Part shown: positions 1 through 14,450 of the stretch, one piece after another
Numbering within the stretch: the stretch's first letter is position 1
Layout: every line of letters starts with the position of its first letter
Sequence record: PQ100635.1
Reading direction: 5' to 3' (one strand)
Length of the DNA: 64,000 nt
DNA from: Escherichia phage PNJ-9
Position numbers and translations under genes: made by a program
Notes under the pieces: generated by a model
What the model was told of the DNA's origin: nothing
What the model saw: only the letters and a program-made list of their open reading frames with translations
Databases searched by the model: none

Positions 1-389
1 AATTCATCCAACATCATTGATTTGATATTTGGACTAAATTTTGTGTTGTCTAAATTTATAGAAACGACTTCTGTATCATCTTCATACACGATAGCATCGG
101 AAACTATTTCAGAGACCGCGTTATCCACTTCATAGTTCGTCATCAAATTTCGATACGTATCGATTAATTCACGGGTTGATTTGAGCCCTGGTTCTTGACT
201 ACCGAACATTCTCTGAAACATAGCATTATATGTTTGCTGTGCTTCATTTTCAGATACTTCGTATTCTTTAGCACCATCGTCTAATTTTGGTGTAGTGATA
301 GATTCTAAATTTTCTTTTTCTTGGTCTTTGTAATCACGTTCGTCCATTTTTGCCCATGGAGCAAACAAACTTAAGATATTAAATTTCAT
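1..389 (-). CDS. 20: portal vertex protein gp20, N-terminal part (gene runs off the window start)
   Basis: Minus-strand ORF with ATG at 389-387; N-terminus [26 protein letters not shown] matches the T4 portal N-terminus as recalled; lies after 18-19 as in T4. Confidence 0.85.
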   Translation of the reverse strand, partial: MKFNILSLFAPWAKMDERDYKDQEKENLESITTPKLDDGAKEYEVSENEAQQTYNAMFQRMFGSQEPGLKSTRELIDTYRNLMTNYEVDNAVSEIVSDAIVYEDDTEVVSINLDNTKFSPNIKSMMLDE

Positions 390-417
390 TGTATTCTCCG
401 AATGGGAATTATAGTTA

Positions 418-425
418 TATTTATA
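418..425 (-). promoter_or_regulatory. T4-type late promoter (TATAAATA) for gene 20
   Basis: Plus strand reads TATTTATA, i.e. TATAAATA on the coding (minus) strand, about 30 nt upstream of the gene 20 start. Confidence 0.6.
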
Positions 426-473
426 TGGACTTCTCCGTCATCACGGGAAGCTGGGGATTTCTCCCCAACCAGA

Positions 474-965
474 TTATTCCCACCAATCAAGAGCAAGAGT
501 TACTTCGAACGTTTCAATCTCGTTATTGCTGTCCCAGTCAAGAGATACTTCGCCAACGTTAGTAGGCCACAAGCCGACAATTTCAACTTCTTTAGTGACC
601 GTTTTAGCATCACGAGCAAATTGACGAACGATAGCAGTCTTTTTATATTCAGCAGGTTTACCACCGGTAATTTCATTACCTTGTCCTGCTGCAATACCTT
701 GCCAATCAACAAATTTCTGACGAATGCTATGAGCATCATCGTTCATTACTGTAATAGTCCAATCATCGAATGTACGATCACCAGCCACGTTAATTTTACG
801 GTTCATATAAGAAACAGGAACCTTTTCAACGATCGCAGCAGGAAGAGCCGTAGCACGACACTGGAAGCTAAAGTTTTGCCCAAGATAAGAGATTTCTACT
901 TCGAACAGGTTAGGGCGAGCGAAATCACCAGATTCGAAGGCACGAGTTACGTCATCTACAAACAT
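474..965 (-). CDS. 19: tail tube protein gp19
   Basis: 163-aa ORF MFVDDVTRAFESGDFARPNLFEVEISYLGQNF; near-identical to T4 gp19 as recalled; same length. Confidence 0.95.
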   Translation of the reverse strand: MFVDDVTRAFESGDFARPNLFEVEISYLGQNFSFQCRATALPAAIVEKVPVSYMNRKINVAGDRTFDDWTITVMNDDAHSIRQKFVDWQGIAAGQGNEITGGKPAEYKKTAIVRQFARDAKTVTKEVEIVGLWPTNVGEVSLDWDSNNEIETFEVTLALDWWE

Positions 966-1038
966 ATTAGCCTCTGTAGTAATATGGGCTTAGGATTAAC
1001 CGGATGCCCATAGAATTAATTTTTAAAACGATATAGTA

Positions 1039-1046
1039 TATTTATA
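1039..1046 (-). promoter_or_regulatory. T4-type late promoter (TATAAATA) for gene 19
   Basis: TATTTATA on plus strand between the gene 18 stop and the gene 19 start. Confidence 0.6.
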
Positions 1047-1047
1047 T

Positions 1048-1065
1048 GGGCTACCGAAATAGCCC
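1048..1065 (-). promoter_or_regulatory. intercistronic RNA hairpin between genes 18 and 19
   Basis: GGGCTA-ccgaaa-TAGCCC perfect 6-bp stem directly after the gene 18 stop and adjacent to the late promoter. Confidence 0.5.
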
Positions 1066-1078
1066 ATCAGACGTCTTA

Positions 1079-3061
1079 TTAACCACCTACAGCACCAATC
1101 AGTTCGTCGAAATCGGCACCAGTTGCTGTTGCTACAAAGTTCAACGTAATATAATTTATCGAGCGGGCAGGTTGTAAGTAGAAAGTAGCTACAAATTCAT
1201 TACGGTCGATAACTGCTGGGGTGTTATTGGTAGTATCACAAACAACTTTAAAGTTATATACACCACCGAGAGCTTTAATACCCTGTAGATATTGAGAAGT
1301 CTCTGTACGGAAAGAAGAACGGGTGAATGCGTTGTTCAATTCAAACAGGCGATATTTGGATGCTGAACCAATGTTCGTTTTAACCATATTGAACAAACGA
1401 CGAACGTTAATACGGTCAAATGGTGAAGGAACAGAAGTGGCAGTTTTATCACCGTACAGAACATACCCATCACCACCGGTACCAGTAACAGGGTTAATAG
1501 CTTCTTGATACAAACGATCACGCTGTGGTTGGCGAGTTTCAATTGCAAGCTTAATAACGTTAAGAATTTGACCACGGTTATAACCAGCAGGAGACATCCA
1601 AGGCTGAGAAATATTGTCTGTGCGAGCACAAAGACCAGCAATATCAGCAGCTAACGGAACCCAACGATTCACATCATTATATTTGTCATATTGATATTTA
1701 TAGTTACCGTCAATAGCCGCGTAAGTAGAACTTACATTAAAGTTATTATCAGTGTAAGTTCCTGACGCAGTACGCCAATCAACCAGATTATCAACTGCAC
1801 GATTAACAGGAATACCGACTATAGTTGCACGTGGCGGCGAGCAAAGAACCAAGCAATCTTGGCGAGAATCACCAATTGCTACAACATGTTTCTGAACTGT
1901 AGAAGCAACTTCTAAAGATTCACCTGCACAAGAACCGGCAATAAACAACTGCGCATTAACAGATTCGCGGTCAGCAAACAAATCCCAAGCTTCCATTAAA
2001 TCACCGGCGTCAACCGTTTCATTAGATGATAAGCCGCCACCCAGTTTGATTACGCCAGAGAAACCTTTTGGCCAACCTTGTGCAGTAGCGAAAATATAAT
2101 TGCTTGCGCCTTTAGCAAAGAAATCATCAATAAAGATATTACTACCATAAATATCGCGTTCACCACGTTTAGTAGAAAGAATTACGCTCTGAACTACAGC
2201 ATCGTTACGACGAACGATAATTGCATATTGGTCATCAGTTTGTGGGCCATACCCAAAGATTGCTTTAGCAGTAGATGCACGAGTACCACCATCAGGATAA
2301 ATTTTTAACTGGGCTGAAGCACCTTTGTCATAGTCTGCTTTAGATACGATTTCAATTTCGAGCTGGTCGCCAAGTTCACCAGGATAAAGAGCAACTACGC
2401 CTGGGACACCATATTTTTTAATAGATTCTTGGAAAGTTAGAGAAGTAATAGCTTCTTCAGAAGTTTCAACTTCAGTTAACAGAATACCTGAATCGGTTAC
2501 GATAGAACCAATTGTAATAACGCCAGAGAGTCCAGAAGAAGAACTGGCAACTTCGGCGGTCCAGTTAGAACCCAATGCCGGATATTCATTAATTTCTTTT
2601 GCACGAGCAATAATTTTACCGGTTGGGATATAAATGTTAAGAATTTTACCATCGACATCAACTGAAGTGACATAACCATCTGCTTCAACAGTTTCGGTCA
2701 AATACTTAACGATAATTTTATCACCAACTGCATAGTTACTACCAGCAGCAGAGATTGTGAATTCAATATTGCCTGCTACAGGAGATGAGTTCTTAGCAGT
2801 ATCACGATCAACTGCGCGTACAACACGAAGGTCATTACCATATTGAAGGAAGTTCATAGCAGACATGAAATAATCTGCTGTATCTGTATTAGGAGTACCA
2901 AACATATCAACCAATGCAACTTCATCAGTGATTTGTTTAATCTGGAATGCAGGTCCCCATTGGAATTTTCCAGCCAGGGCAGCAGTACCAGTGGAGTTAT
3001 TAACTACAGTACTCTGTACGGTAGTTTCTTTGAGCTCAACGCCCGGAGAGAGAAGTGCCAT
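1079..3061 (-). CDS. 18: tail sheath protein gp18
   Basis: 660-aa ORF MALLSPGVELKETTVQSTVVNNSTGTAALAGKFQWGPAFQIK; matches T4 gp18 as recalled in sequence and length. Confidence 0.95.
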   Translation of the reverse strand: MALLSPGVELKETTVQSTVVNNSTGTAALAGKFQWGPAFQIKQITDEVALVDMFGTPNTDTADYFMSAMNFLQYGNDLRVVRAVDRDTAKNSSPVAGNIEFTISAAGSNYAVGDKIIVKYLTETVEADGYVTSVDVDGKILNIYIPTGKIIARAKEINEYPALGSNWTAEVASSSSGLSGVITIGSIVTDSGILLTEVETSEEAITSLTFQESIKKYGVPGVVALYPGELGDQLEIEIVSKADYDKGASAQLKIYPDGGTRASTAKAIFGYGPQTDDQYAIIVRRNDAVVQSVILSTKRGERDIYGSNIFIDDFFAKGASNYIFATAQGWPKGFSGVIKLGGGLSSNETVDAGDLMEAWDLFADRESVNAQLFIAGSCAGESLEVASTVQKHVVAIGDSRQDCLVLCSPPRATIVGIPVNRAVDNLVDWRTASGTYTDNNFNVSSTYAAIDGNYKYQYDKYNDVNRWVPLAADIAGLCARTDNISQPWMSPAGYNRGQILNVIKLAIETRQPQRDRLYQEAINPVTGTGGDGYVLYGDKTATSVPSPFDRINVRRLFNMVKTNIGSASKYRLFELNNAFTRSSFRTETSQYLQGIKALGGVYNFKVVCDTTNNTPAVIDRNEFVATFYLQPARSINYITLNFVATATGADFDELIGAVGG

Positions 3062-3088
3062 TTTAATTCCTCTTAATTTGCTTTATTT

Positions 3089-5414
<2,326 letters not shown>

Positions 5415-6239
5415 TTATTGTTTTCTAGGACCAGGAGTGGTTGGTGGAGTCGGGATTGGAATATCATGAGTATAAGTTTGTTCAACTTCACCATTCCAAT
5501 CTTGGGCTTCAACGTCTCTCGGTTTAATTTCTGTATCAACTGATTCAAAAACGCTGGCGGCTGTTTGAAGGTCTCGTTCATTAGCATGAAAATCAAGATA
5601 AGTCGTTTTAATAAGGCCTTCAGCTGCGCCTACCGGAGGATACATCCATCCATTTACTTCAAATGTTAATGACCACTCTAAACGTCGACGGGATAAATTA
5701 TCACCGTCTATTTGTTCATCCATTGCTGCTGCCATCCATACGACTTTAATATCCCTTTCAAATGGAATATCCTGCCCATATTGCTCAATCATAGTCGTAT
5801 TAAAATGCGGCTGAAAATATGGAATAATTTGCTCAACGATTTGGAACATATCATCTTCATAACGAGTAAAGATGCTCAGTTCAAAAATCATTTTAATTGG
5901 TGATGGGTTGTATTGGTCTACAATATCCTTAGTCGATTTACTCAAAAGAGAGTTATTCAATATATTCGTTTTAAACGTCGGGTTATAAACGAAATCTACC
6001 ATTTGGAGATTTATGCGTGGTAGAATAGTTTCGACTTTAGCCACATCTTCTTGTGAGTTTATAGAGGTCCATTTATTAAGTTTCATCATAAAGTGCTCTT
6101 TAGATGCATACGTAATAGGAACTCTAATTAATTTATTGCCTGTAGACAATTGACGGTTAACTTGGATATTTGAAAACAAATCGCCCATCATTGTGATATA
6201 TCGCCTGAACGACGAGTTGTAAAAATAGCCAAACATCAT
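5415..6239 (-). CDS. 15: tail sheath stabiliser / tail completion protein gp15
   Basis: 274-aa ORF in the T4 gp15 position between 16 and 14; length matches. Confidence 0.85.
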   Translation of the reverse strand: MMFGYFYNSSFRRYITMMGDLFSNIQVNRQLSTGNKLIRVPITYASKEHFMMKLNKWTSINSQEDVAKVETILPRINLQMVDFVYNPTFKTNILNNSLLSKSTKDIVDQYNPSPIKMIFELSIFTRYEDDMFQIVEQIIPYFQPHFNTTMIEQYGQDIPFERDIKVVWMAAAMDEQIDGDNLSRRRLEWSLTFEVNGWMYPPVGAAEGLIKTTYLDFHANERDLQTAASVFESVDTEIKPRDVEAQDWNGEVEQTYTHDIPIPTPPTTPGPRKQ

Positions 6240-6247
6240 TTCTCCTA

Positions 6248-6265
6248 ACCGGCCTTTCGACCGGT
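6248..6265 (-). promoter_or_regulatory. 5' UTR hairpin between genes 14 and 15
   Basis: ACCGG-cctttcga-CCGGT inverted repeat between a near-consensus AATAAATA (minus strand) and the gene 15 SD AGGAGA. Confidence 0.4.
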
Positions 6266-6288
6266 GTTTGCTTTATCTTATCTATTTA

Positions 6289-7053
6289 TTAATTCATAAA
6301 CCCATCGTCAAACGGTGAATTTTGTCTACCACGGTTGTTAACTACTACGTATGGTTCAACGTATTCACTTGCCTCTGAATTGATTTGCTCAACTTCAGAA
6401 TATTCATCGATATTAATGTCATGGATACCGTCAAGATTTCTAACAGGGTTAAGTTCCAAGTCACTAAATTCAGGTATATTGATACCTTCATTTTTCTGAA
6501 GCACCGGATTGATTTCTTCACCAGAGTAAATAAACTTGCCTGCAGTAATTTTACGAATTGCATTTTTACCTACTTGATAGAATGGGTCATATGGTTCAAC
6601 CCAGTTAATCTCAAACAAACTGTTGTCCATTGGGAAGTATATTAAATCACCTTCCTTAGGCTCCTGATTGTTGACCTGGTGTTTGAAAAGACCTGGGTTA
6701 ATAGATAATGTAACTTCATCTTGAACTTGCATTCCGAAGTTGCTGAAGAACGATTTCGCTCCTTCATAACCTTCAAATGAGTTCAGATATGCTGCAAATT
6801 TCCATGCTTTAGTAAATTTATTTTTAAGGTCCTCACCAAAGATAAGGTCCACGGCAACATATTCACGTGGAACATAAAAACATTCAATACCGCGCATCTG
6901 TATGCTTTCTGCCACTAGAACATCGGCTAATGTCTGACTATTCTCATAGTTATTAAAATTGACAAATGGATTGAGGATTTCGGTCTCATTTGTTTGAGAA
7001 TACCCACCACGATTTTCTAGTTTGGCGAAAAGATTTTTATCATAAGTTGCCAT
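6289..7053 (-). CDS. 14: neck protein gp14
   Basis: 254-aa ORF; position and length match T4 gp14. Confidence 0.85.
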   Translation of the reverse strand: MATYDKNLFAKLENRGGYSQTNETEILNPFVNFNNYENSQTLADVLVAESIQMRGIECFYVPREYVAVDLIFGEDLKNKFTKAWKFAAYLNSFEGYEGAKSFFSNFGMQVQDEVTLSINPGLFKHQVNNQEPKEGDLIYFPMDNSLFEINWVEPYDPFYQVGKNAIRKITAGKFIYSGEEINPVLQKNEGINIPEFSDLELNPVRNLDGIHDINIDEYSEVEQINSEASEYVEPYVVVNNRGRQNSPFDDGFMN

Positions 7054-7054
7054 A

Positions 7055-7981
7055 TTAACCTACCAAAATACCTGCAGGAGGGTCCAGTAAATATAACTCT
7101 TCTCGTAAAGCTTCTTTCTCTAAACGAGCTTCTTCAATTAATCGAACACCATCAACAGTGACGCCACCCGGTAACATCATACCTTGATGTTTAGCAAGAA
7201 TTTGTCCATTAAGCTCTTTAGCTAATGCAGTTGCATAATCTTTAACCCAGCGGTTGTTATATGCGCCTTGTTTAGTTGCAGGATCTTCACCAACTCGACG
7301 TCCGACCAAATTATGGTCTGGATTATCATAACGTTCAGAAATAGACCATGAATCACGAGGACCTACTTGGCCGTACCCTACTGTATTTCCTACCATCTTA
7401 TGGGTCTCGATATAAGAGCGAACATACGATTCAACGATAATGACATCTTTCTGTCTAAAGTTACCCATTACTTTTAATTGCTCGTTTGCAGAGTTAAACC
7501 AAAAATCTGGAAGAGGAGCAATCATATCTTGAAGCATACCCATATAAGATACTAATTGAGAATAATACCCGAGATCAGCGCCAAAAGCGTTCGGACCGTA
7601 GAATTTACCGCAATTACTACCCATACCACCTGAAACACCGGCCATTCCTAAAAGGAAATCAGTGAACCATGGATAAGTTGCATTACCATCCATTGAAGTA
7701 ATAGAGCCAACGTTTGTTCTTATAATTCTTGTTACAGCAAATACGTTAGAACCACGCATATCAAATACGCCGTGACGGTATTTTTCTTCGTCATCAACAA
7801 AAAATACATGGAAACCTTTATTCAACCCGTCAAAATGGTATTCGCCATAAAGTTCTAACGCTCGTGAAATACAATCATAAATTTGATCTGTAGTTAATTC
7901 AACATTTACAATAGGAGCGCCTAAACGACGTAATATTACATCCTTTAATTCTTTAGGGTTTTGTGCATTATAACCTGACAT
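7055..7981 (-). CDS. 13: neck protein gp13
   Basis: 308-aa ORF; position and length match T4 gp13. Confidence 0.85.
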   Translation of the reverse strand: MSGYNAQNPKELKDVILRRLGAPIVNVELTTDQIYDCISRALELYGEYHFDGLNKGFHVFFVDDEEKYRHGVFDMRGSNVFAVTRIIRTNVGSITSMDGNATYPWFTDFLLGMAGVSGGMGSNCGKFYGPNAFGADLGYYSQLVSYMGMLQDMIAPLPDFWFNSANEQLKVMGNFRQKDVIIVESYVRSYIETHKMVGNTVGYGQVGPRDSWSISERYDNPDHNLVGRRVGEDPATKQGAYNNRWVKDYATALAKELNGQILAKHQGMMLPGGVTVDGVRLIEEARLEKEALREELYLLDPPAGILVG

Positions 7982-7993
7982 ATAAATCCTTTA

Positions 7994-8007
7994 GGGCCCG
8001 AAGGCCC
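7994..8007 (-). promoter_or_regulatory. C(UUCG)G-type hairpin between wac and gene 13
   Basis: GGGCC-UUCG-GGCCC on the minus-strand transcript between the wac stop and the gene 13 SD; no U-tract, so more likely a stability element than a terminator. Confidence 0.5.
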
Positions 8008-8013
8008 TTTTCA

Positions 8014-9462
8014 TTAAGCTGTAGGAAGTTCAACCCATGCACCATCTTTGCGAACATAGAATTTACCGTCTGAAGGAGCATCTTCAATATATCCAGCTTC
8101 CTTAAGAGTTTGGATTTCAGCTTCTGCAGCGGCCAAATCAGTTTCAAGAGTAGCAATTCTAGAAGTTAAACCATTAATTGTCGTATCGTGACTTTTAACT
8201 GTAGGCAATATACCACGTTCTTCAACAGTCGAACCATTTGGGTTGGTGCCGTTTATAAGAGTATTTAATGTGTTTACAGAACCCTTAATCCCTGTGGTAT
8301 TAGTCCCAACATCGGTTTGAATGTTCTGAATGTCATTACTCATCTCACCGATAGATCCTTCAAGCGCTCGAGTACGATAAAGCAAAGAGCCGTCTGGTTC
8401 CGGTTTCCCACCTGAAGCGTCAACACCAACTACGTTATTTAACCATGACACATTAAAACGCAATCCTGACGAAGAATCAGAGCCGACAACAGTGTTCAAT
8501 GCTCCAATAGCATCAGTATTGAGTTTAATACGTCCTTGAATTGTAGTAGGCAAATCATCGGTTCCAATGGCAGTTTCTACTGTAGTCAAACGAGGTTTAA
8601 TACCACCTGATTGATTGAGCTCAAGATTAATGTCGTTTATTGCTGAACTATTCGCATTAGTTGTAGTAATAATAGAAGTCGTATTAGGATACCCAATAGA
8701 CTGTTTAATGCCATCTAAGTCAGCATTTTGACGCGACAAAGTTAAATCAATACCGGAAAGACGACTAAATACTGGAGTAGTGAAAGAAGTGCGAGGTCCC
8801 ATTTCTTCGCGTAAGTGTTCGACTTCATTAGTTAAAGAGCCGACGTCAGAATCAGCAAATTTAGTTTCTAAATCAGTTAATCGAACACCGTGGTCAACAA
8901 TCACAGAGCTATTAGTCATAATACGGCGTTTCATACCAGTGCTATCATTTCCTGGAGTAGGAACCCCATTAATATCTTGACCAGTATATTGTCCTAATTC
9001 ATTTTTAATCCAAAGCAGGTCGTTACGAACGGTTCTATAAACTGAATCTGTTTCCTGATTATAAACACCAATATCATCAGTATTCGCATCAATATGTTCA
9101 TTCAAATCATTCAATTCACTAGCATGGGTTTGAACTGTGACTTTAATGACATCAATATCTTGGGTGTTCTGACCAATCTGTGCAAGTGCTTCGACGTCCC
9201 CGGAAACATCTAAAATACCTTGAATAACTTTTATATCTTCATTGGCTGTATTCAAAGAAGATGCTATAGTTTTAATATTAGTATCTAACGCTTCTACGTT
9301 ACGTTGAACTTCAACAATAGGACGGTTCATTACACCTTCAGAACCGTATTTTGTATCAGCACCGGTAATTTCTTCGTCGTTTTTAATCCATTCAATACGA
9401 CTCTGACCCGCGTCTGGCGGGCCGTCAACATATGGTAAATCTACCAGAGTTATATCAGCCAT
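8014..9462 (-). CDS. wac: fibritin (whisker antigen control protein)
   Basis: 482-aa ORF with coiled-coil body and C-terminal foldon GYIEDAPSDGKFYVRKDGAWVELPTA; N-terminus matches T4 Wac as recalled. Confidence 0.9.
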   Translation of the reverse strand: MADITLVDLPYVDGPPDAGQSRIEWIKNDEEITGADTKYGSEGVMNRPIVEVQRNVEALDTNIKTIASSLNTANEDIKVIQGILDVSGDVEALAQIGQNTQDIDVIKVTVQTHASELNDLNEHIDANTDDIGVYNQETDSVYRTVRNDLLWIKNELGQYTGQDINGVPTPGNDSTGMKRRIMTNSSVIVDHGVRLTDLETKFADSDVGSLTNEVEHLREEMGPRTSFTTPVFSRLSGIDLTLSRQNADLDGIKQSIGYPNTTSIITTTNANSSAINDINLELNQSGGIKPRLTTVETAIGTDDLPTTIQGRIKLNTDAIGALNTVVGSDSSSGLRFNVSWLNNVVGVDASGGKPEPDGSLLYRTRALEGSIGEMSNDIQNIQTDVGTNTTGIKGSVNTLNTLINGTNPNGSTVEERGILPTVKSHDTTINGLTSRIATLETDLAAAEAEIQTLKEAGYIEDAPSDGKFYVRKDGAWVELPTA

Positions 9463-11045
9463 TATTTTACCTTAATAATATAGTTTAAAGAAATATTCCA
9501 TGGACGAGTTTCATTTCCAATTAATTCTGGACGATTCATGGTATATTTAGAGTTACGCTGAGACGCTGGATCAATTTCATATCCTTCGTTAGTAAAATAT
9601 GAACGGTTATCCCAGTCAAGTCCTTTACGAGTACCAACAAAGTTTGAACGACGAGTATTACCAAATGCACCGGAATCATCGTGTTCGCCAAAACCACCAG
9701 CATGTTTATGATATGACATCTGTTGTTTTTGCACTTCACCGACATATCCACCAGTACAACCAACTCCTAAACGAGGTTTACCAAATTGGTCATTACCATT
9801 AACATTAGGGTTAGTTAAATGTGTACCACGACCTGAGCCGCGAACAAATAATCCACGCATATCAGGCAAGCCCGGGTTAGAAGAGCTACCACCATATCGT
9901 GTCCCAATTCTGGAAGCATATACCGGACATTCTGAAGCAGAAACGGTCCCACCGTGACAGAAGCGCCAGTCAGAACTCGGTAAACTATCTGCAGCCCACA
10001 TTGTAATAGAGCCAACAGGAAGAATTCGGTCTAATTCATTTTGAGTCACAATACGATTGCCTTGAATATAACCACCAGTCATATTGACATTACCAGTTAT
10101 ATTAGCGCCACCGGAACCAACCGTCAACGTATTATTAATGCGAAGAGTGCCATTAATAGTTTGTCCGCCTCGTTGGTGGATAACATCAGCATTCCAAGCA
10201 AGGGCAGAAGAACCATCACCACCTGATTGGCTACCCGCTTGTGTAGTTAAACGAACAACTCCACGTAAAGAAGTTGTAGCCCCGCGGCCGTTTAATGTTG
10301 CGCCAGTCACTACAACTGAAGAGTTGTTACTATTTACTTCAGTCTGTGTCCCTAGTTTAACGACGCCTTTATTAGTTTCTGATGCTACTGAATTCATAAA
10401 GGTATAAGGTGAAATTGCATAGCCTTCACGCAGGGTGCCTTGTTGTGCTTGTGCAACTGTAGCTAAACGAACAACACCGGTAATAGATTCGGTGGCGTCA
10501 CTATTATTTGGAGCAATTTGCGAAATAAGTTTAATTGCTAATTGCTGTGTTTTTAACGGGGTCATTGCCGTTGTATCGTCAGAACCAGCTAATGCCGCAG
10601 CAGAAGTTGAAATTTTAATTACACCATTTGTTGCTTCTGTTGACACTTTTGTCTGAAATACATTGTCTATTTTTTGATTCAATTTAAGCGGAGTAATTGA
10701 TGCATCGTCAATAGCTCCGGTTACTGCTTCATCTTCAGTAGCATAACGAGTTAAACCATACTGAGTTTCGGTTGCATTAGGATATTGTAGACGAGCATTC
10801 AGTGTTGCCGGAGTAACAGCTTTACTATTATCTAATCCATCAATAACTTCTTGTGGAGTAGCTATTTGAATAATTCCTGGTGTAGTAGTTGTTGCTTCCG
10901 GTACGCCATTAACACCTGAAGGAGAAATAGCAGCTAATGCGGCTTGGACATTAGTGACTGTCTCTGGAAAATTCGACCCCGTAGGGTCGAATTCAACGTA
11001 AATAGATTCGTTTGAAACGTGTTGGTATGTATTGTTATTACTCAT
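9462..11045 (-). CDS. 12: short tail fibre protein gp12
   Basis: 527-aa [29 protein letters not shown]...; matches T4 gp12 as recalled in sequence and length. Confidence 0.9.
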   Translation of the reverse strand: MSNNNTYQHVSNESIYVEFDPTGSNFPETVTNVQAALAAISPSGVNGVPEATTTTPGIIQIATPQEVIDGLDNSKAVTPATLNARLQYPNATETQYGLTRYATEDEAVTGAIDDASITPLKLNQKIDNVFQTKVSTEATNGVIKISTSAAALAGSDDTTAMTPLKTQQLAIKLISQIAPNNSDATESITGVVRLATVAQAQQGTLREGYAISPYTFMNSVASETNKGVVKLGTQTEVNSNNSSVVVTGATLNGRGATTSLRGVVRLTTQAGSQSGGDGSSALAWNADVIHQRGGQTINGTLRINNTLTVGSGGANITGNVNMTGGYIQGNRIVTQNELDRILPVGSITMWAADSLPSSDWRFCHGGTVSASECPVYASRIGTRYGGSSSNPGLPDMRGLFVRGSGRGTHLTNPNVNGNDQFGKPRLGVGCTGGYVGEVQKQQMSYHKHAGGFGEHDDSGAFGNTRRSNFVGTRKGLDWDNRSYFTNEGYEIDPASQRNSKYTMNRPELIGNETRPWNISLNYIIKVK

Positions 11046-11719
11046 GAGGCTCTCACAAAGTGGTAGAAAACGGTAGGAGTACTATGGTTATCAAGAGTAA
11101 CCGTTTGGGCACCCAATAAATTCCATGTTCCGTATCCGGATTTTGCTTCAGACAAAATTTCTTGCGAAATTGTTACACCAAACGAAGCATATGTTGGCAA
11201 CACATGTCGTTGGTTATCTAAATATGTCACCTGAAGTTTATTACCTTCGGTCGGATGGTCTTTATAAGAAGAAATAGCGATTTGATTAGAAATGGCTTCT
11301 TGTAAAGCTATACGAACTTGTGCCGTTAATTCGTTATCAGTCATACCGATTGTTGCTTTAACAGCAAGTCCAAATACGTTAATAACGACCGGCGTTCCAG
11401 GGGCCAAAGTATCGTCGAGAACATCACCAGAAAAAGTCCAATAATCAACTTGTGCTGTACCTTCAGGTGATATGCCTGAAGTGTTTGTGATAACAGTACC
11501 AATATCAGCTCGTGCCATATTATGGACATCATTTATTGCAGATTCTACGTTAGCATCATAAAAACCGCGAGCTAACTGAGAAATAGTCACGGAACCTACA
11601 GCTTGGTTGTTTAAAACATCAATTTGAGCTGGATTTTTTCTGTAATTTAAAAAATCAGCATGACGGGAAATAACTCCCGCCTTTGTATTAAGTACAGTCA
11701 TTATGCAATCCTTACCCAA
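11042..11719 (-). CDS. 11: baseplate wedge / tail pin protein gp11
   Basis: 225-aa ORF between gp12 and gp10, overlapping starts and stops as in T4. Confidence 0.8.
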   Translation of the reverse strand: MGKDCIMTVLNTKAGVISRHADFLNYRKNPAQIDVLNNQAVGSVTISQLARGFYDANVESAINDVHNMARADIGTVITNTSGISPEGTAQVDYWTFSGDVLDDTLAPGTPVVINVFGLAVKATIGMTDNELTAQVRIALQEAISNQIAISSYKDHPTEGNKLQVTYLDNQRHVLPTYASFGVTISQEILSEAKSGYGTWNLLGAQTVTLDNHSTPTVFYHFVRAS

Positions 11720-13506
11720 CGGTATACAGTTATAGATGGCTGAATATTAGTTATAGAACGCGCTGGAACATGAGATCCGTTAGTCTTTGCATGGTCTTCA
11801 CGATATTTAGTGTAAATAGGACCTTCTTCATCCGGGTCATATTGGCAACCGCCTATAATTACTGTACCATTATCATCAGAAATAAGAACCTTTTCATCGG
11901 TTTGTGTAGCTGGTAAATCAGCATTTTCTAATGTGATGGTTGTTACACCAACGGTACCACCTGCGGTATGAGTAGGGTTACCATTGACGTCAAGGTCATT
12001 ATTATTTAATGCAAAATTAGGATCCGACGCGTCGTCATTCCAACCTGCTAATACTTTGCCTTGTCCCCAAATTTTCCACGAACCAAAACCTAAATAAGTT
12101 GCCGGATTATTAGGGTTAACCGCATTTTCGTAAATAGTCCCGACAGGATAAATTGTATCAAATATTGCTGAGATAGTCGAGAATTCACGTTCATACTTAG
12201 GAACAGGTTCTACATTAGGCCATCCAATTTTATCGAAATCGGTTAATGCAACGTCACCAGTAATTTCAATGTTAGACCCTTGAGAAACATATTTCTCATC
12301 AGCGACATCAAGGATTTCTTCCATTTCAAGAAGAGTTCCTAAATCGTTATTAAACCATGTGATGGTAATAATGTCTTGGTCTTCAAATTGACGGTCAAAC
12401 AGAATTGCGCTAGGGATATTATCAGTATATTCAATCGCATAATCTGTATACGATTGGGTCCATGTCCCGCCGAGGTTTGTGCATGACTCTTCAGAATCAG
12501 CATCCACACCTTCACAACGGAAAATAGGAGTACCAACAGTACCAGCTAATTCTTGGAGAATACCATTGAAGCGAACTTCTAATGAATTCGGGTTAGGTGG
12601 TTCTGTAGGATTAATACCAAATGCTGTAAATGGAATAGACCGGAACGTACTCAAATCAGTGACGTAAATACTTCCGTCAATAGACTTTTTAGCAGTCAAT
12701 TTACTATCTAAAATGCGAACTTGACGACGAGTATATGAACTACGCCACTGAGAAACACCATCTAGAAATGTCTCAATTTGTACGGTGTCGCCAACATTAC
12801 ATGGTTGGCGTAATCTAATATTAAATCCATCGAGTGCAACCAGTTCACCAGGATTAGCGCCTGGAGAACCAAAATCACTATTATCACTGAATACATCACC
12901 ATAATACAATTCGTTGCCACGATGTTTTACGCGAATGTTATTAACGTTATAAGAGGTCCCGTTAAAAACATCCATGAAATCGGTCTGACCTTGGGTTTCA
13001 ACCAGATATTCTCTACGAGCAACATTACTAATGTCAGAGCTAACTATTTTATCAATTTGTTTGTTCTTGATGTATTCCCAACGTCCAGGAGCACAATAAA
13101 CTAATTCTAAATCAGAGAACTGAACGTTAATTTCTACCGGAGATGAAGAACCTTTAATCGTGTCTCCGTTTGCCGGAATTAAAGTAACAGGGTTAATGTT
13201 CCAAGTTGCAAATACGTCACGAGCACGAATAACTTTATTATAGTCTGCAATTGTCCCTTTAGGAAGATTTACCGAAACTCGTCCAGAAGTAGTATTAATT
13301 GCATAAGATTTACCCCAAGCGGCATTAAGATTAAGACCATCAGCCGCATCATAAGTCTTCCATGCGCCAGCTGAATAAGGAACTTCACCATCACCTAATT
13401 CATAATAGATTTCGTCAAAGTTCTCATTTATTTTTTCACCACCTCGACGAAGGTAATCGCCTTGTCCGTCATCAACGACGTTACCAATTTTAATATTTTG
13501 TTTCAT
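11701..13506 (-). CDS. 10: baseplate wedge protein gp10
   Basis: 601-aa ORF; position and length match T4 gp10. Confidence 0.85.
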   Translation of the reverse strand: MKQNIKIGNVVDDGQGDYLRRGGEKINENFDEIYYELGDGEVPYSAGAWKTYDAADGLNLNAAWGKSYAINTTSGRVSVNLPKGTIADYNKVIRARDVFATWNINPVTLIPANGDTIKGSSSPVEINVQFSDLELVYCAPGRWEYIKNKQIDKIVSSDISNVARREYLVETQGQTDFMDVFNGTSYNVNNIRVKHRGNELYYGDVFSDNSDFGSPGANPGELVALDGFNIRLRQPCNVGDTVQIETFLDGVSQWRSSYTRRQVRILDSKLTAKKSIDGSIYVTDLSTFRSIPFTAFGINPTEPPNPNSLEVRFNGILQELAGTVGTPIFRCEGVDADSEESCTNLGGTWTQSYTDYAIEYTDNIPSAILFDRQFEDQDIITITWFNNDLGTLLEMEEILDVADEKYVSQGSNIEITGDVALTDFDKIGWPNVEPVPKYEREFSTISAIFDTIYPVGTIYENAVNPNNPATYLGFGSWKIWGQGKVLAGWNDDASDPNFALNNNDLDVNGNPTHTAGGTVGVTTITLENADLPATQTDEKVLISDDNGTVIIGGCQYDPDEEGPIYTKYREDHAKTNGSHVPARSITNIQPSITVYRWVRIA

Positions 13507-14378
13507 TATTGAGCGACCCCAATTTTCTGAGTTGAGATAATTTTAACTGCTGAACGTAATCCAATAATATCAGATGTAATCGTCATAGTAACAAAGTTGT
13601 TAATAATACTAAAGCTAATATTAGCAATCTCGTCGGTTTCATCTACATTACCAACTCGCATTACTGCAAATTCGGTAGAAAGAACTTCTGAGTTAATTGT
13701 ATCTATTAGAATATTTATTTCGCATGTTTTTATTTTTCTACCGTCGGCGGATTGGCATGTAACAAGCAATTTAGCCATGTTATAATCTGTGCGATAAAAC
13801 AGAGGAATAGAAACTGTGTTTCCTGTAAGACTCCAAGTCCCATCGACAGGAGATTCTTTCTGCCCAAACATGCTATCAGTAGAATAATTCCATACTGAAG
13901 TCGGCCCATTAAGTTCAATACAACGAAGAACAACATGGGTATAAGGGGTGGAAATAACAAGATTATTAAGAACGCCTTTAATTGAACCATCGGTTACTTG
14001 GATACTTAAAGGATTGTTAACAGAAATAGACCCATTAGAGTTTATGAATTCTACAGAGTCACCTAATTCAGGACGGTCAATAATAACAATCACACCGCCA
14101 TCAGAAGCATCAATATCATGCATGGTGCCGGGTTTAATAGGAGTTTGATAATCGACCGCCTTTCCTTTTTGATAATAACCTGTGGCATGAATAGTTTGAC
14201 CTGTAGGTCCGGTTCCATCTGCTACGGCCATTTTACGTTGATCGCCAAATGCATTGTAAATAGCGTTGATATCGTCATTTATTTTATTACCACCGTCGAA
14301 TAAGATATCACCTGTTGAGGCATTACCAATTTCGCCGGTATCGATTAATTGTTTAGGAGTTTGCTTAAAAAATGCCAT
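13506..14378 (-). CDS. 9: baseplate wedge protein gp9 (long tail fibre socket)
   Basis: 290-aa ORF; position and length match T4 gp9; own late promoter upstream. Confidence 0.8.
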   Translation of the reverse strand: MAFFKQTPKQLIDTGEIGNASTGDILFDGGNKINDDINAIYNAFGDQRKMAVADGTGPTGQTIHATGYYQKGKAVDYQTPIKPGTMHDIDASDGGVIVIIDRPELGDSVEFINSNGSISVNNPLSIQVTDGSIKGVLNNLVISTPYTHVVLRCIELNGPTSVWNYSTDSMFGQKESPVDGTWSLTGNTVSIPLFYRTDYNMAKLLVTCQSADGRKIKTCEINILIDTINSEVLSTEFAVMRVGNVDETDEIANISFSIINNFVTMTITSDIIGLRSAVKIISTQKIGVAQ

Positions 14379-14410
14379 AATTCTGCCTTTTGTTGTCCGA
14401 TATTATATTC

Positions 14411-14418
14411 TATTTATA
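14411..14418 (-). promoter_or_regulatory. T4-type late promoter (TATAAATA) for gene 9
   Basis: TATTTATA on plus strand about 33 nt upstream of the gene 9 ATG. Confidence 0.6.
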
Positions 14419-14423
14419 GATAC

Positions 14424-14447
14424 AAAAATGGGAGCCCGAAGGCTCCC
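14424..14447 (-). terminator. rho-independent terminator after gene 8
   Basis: Minus-strand transcript GGGAGCC-UUCG-GGCUCCC followed by AUUUUUG, directly after the gene 8 stop. Confidence 0.65.
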
Positions 14448-14450
14448 TAA

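Noticed and set aside
402-1013. 203-aa plus-strand ORF
   Set aside because: Antisense to the portal and tail tube genes, which have strong protein-level support; no RBS; composition typical of a shadow ORF.
7968-8156. 62-aa minus-strand ORF spanning the wac/gene 13 junction
   Set aside because: Overlaps the fibritin C-terminus and the intercistronic hairpin in another frame; no independent support.
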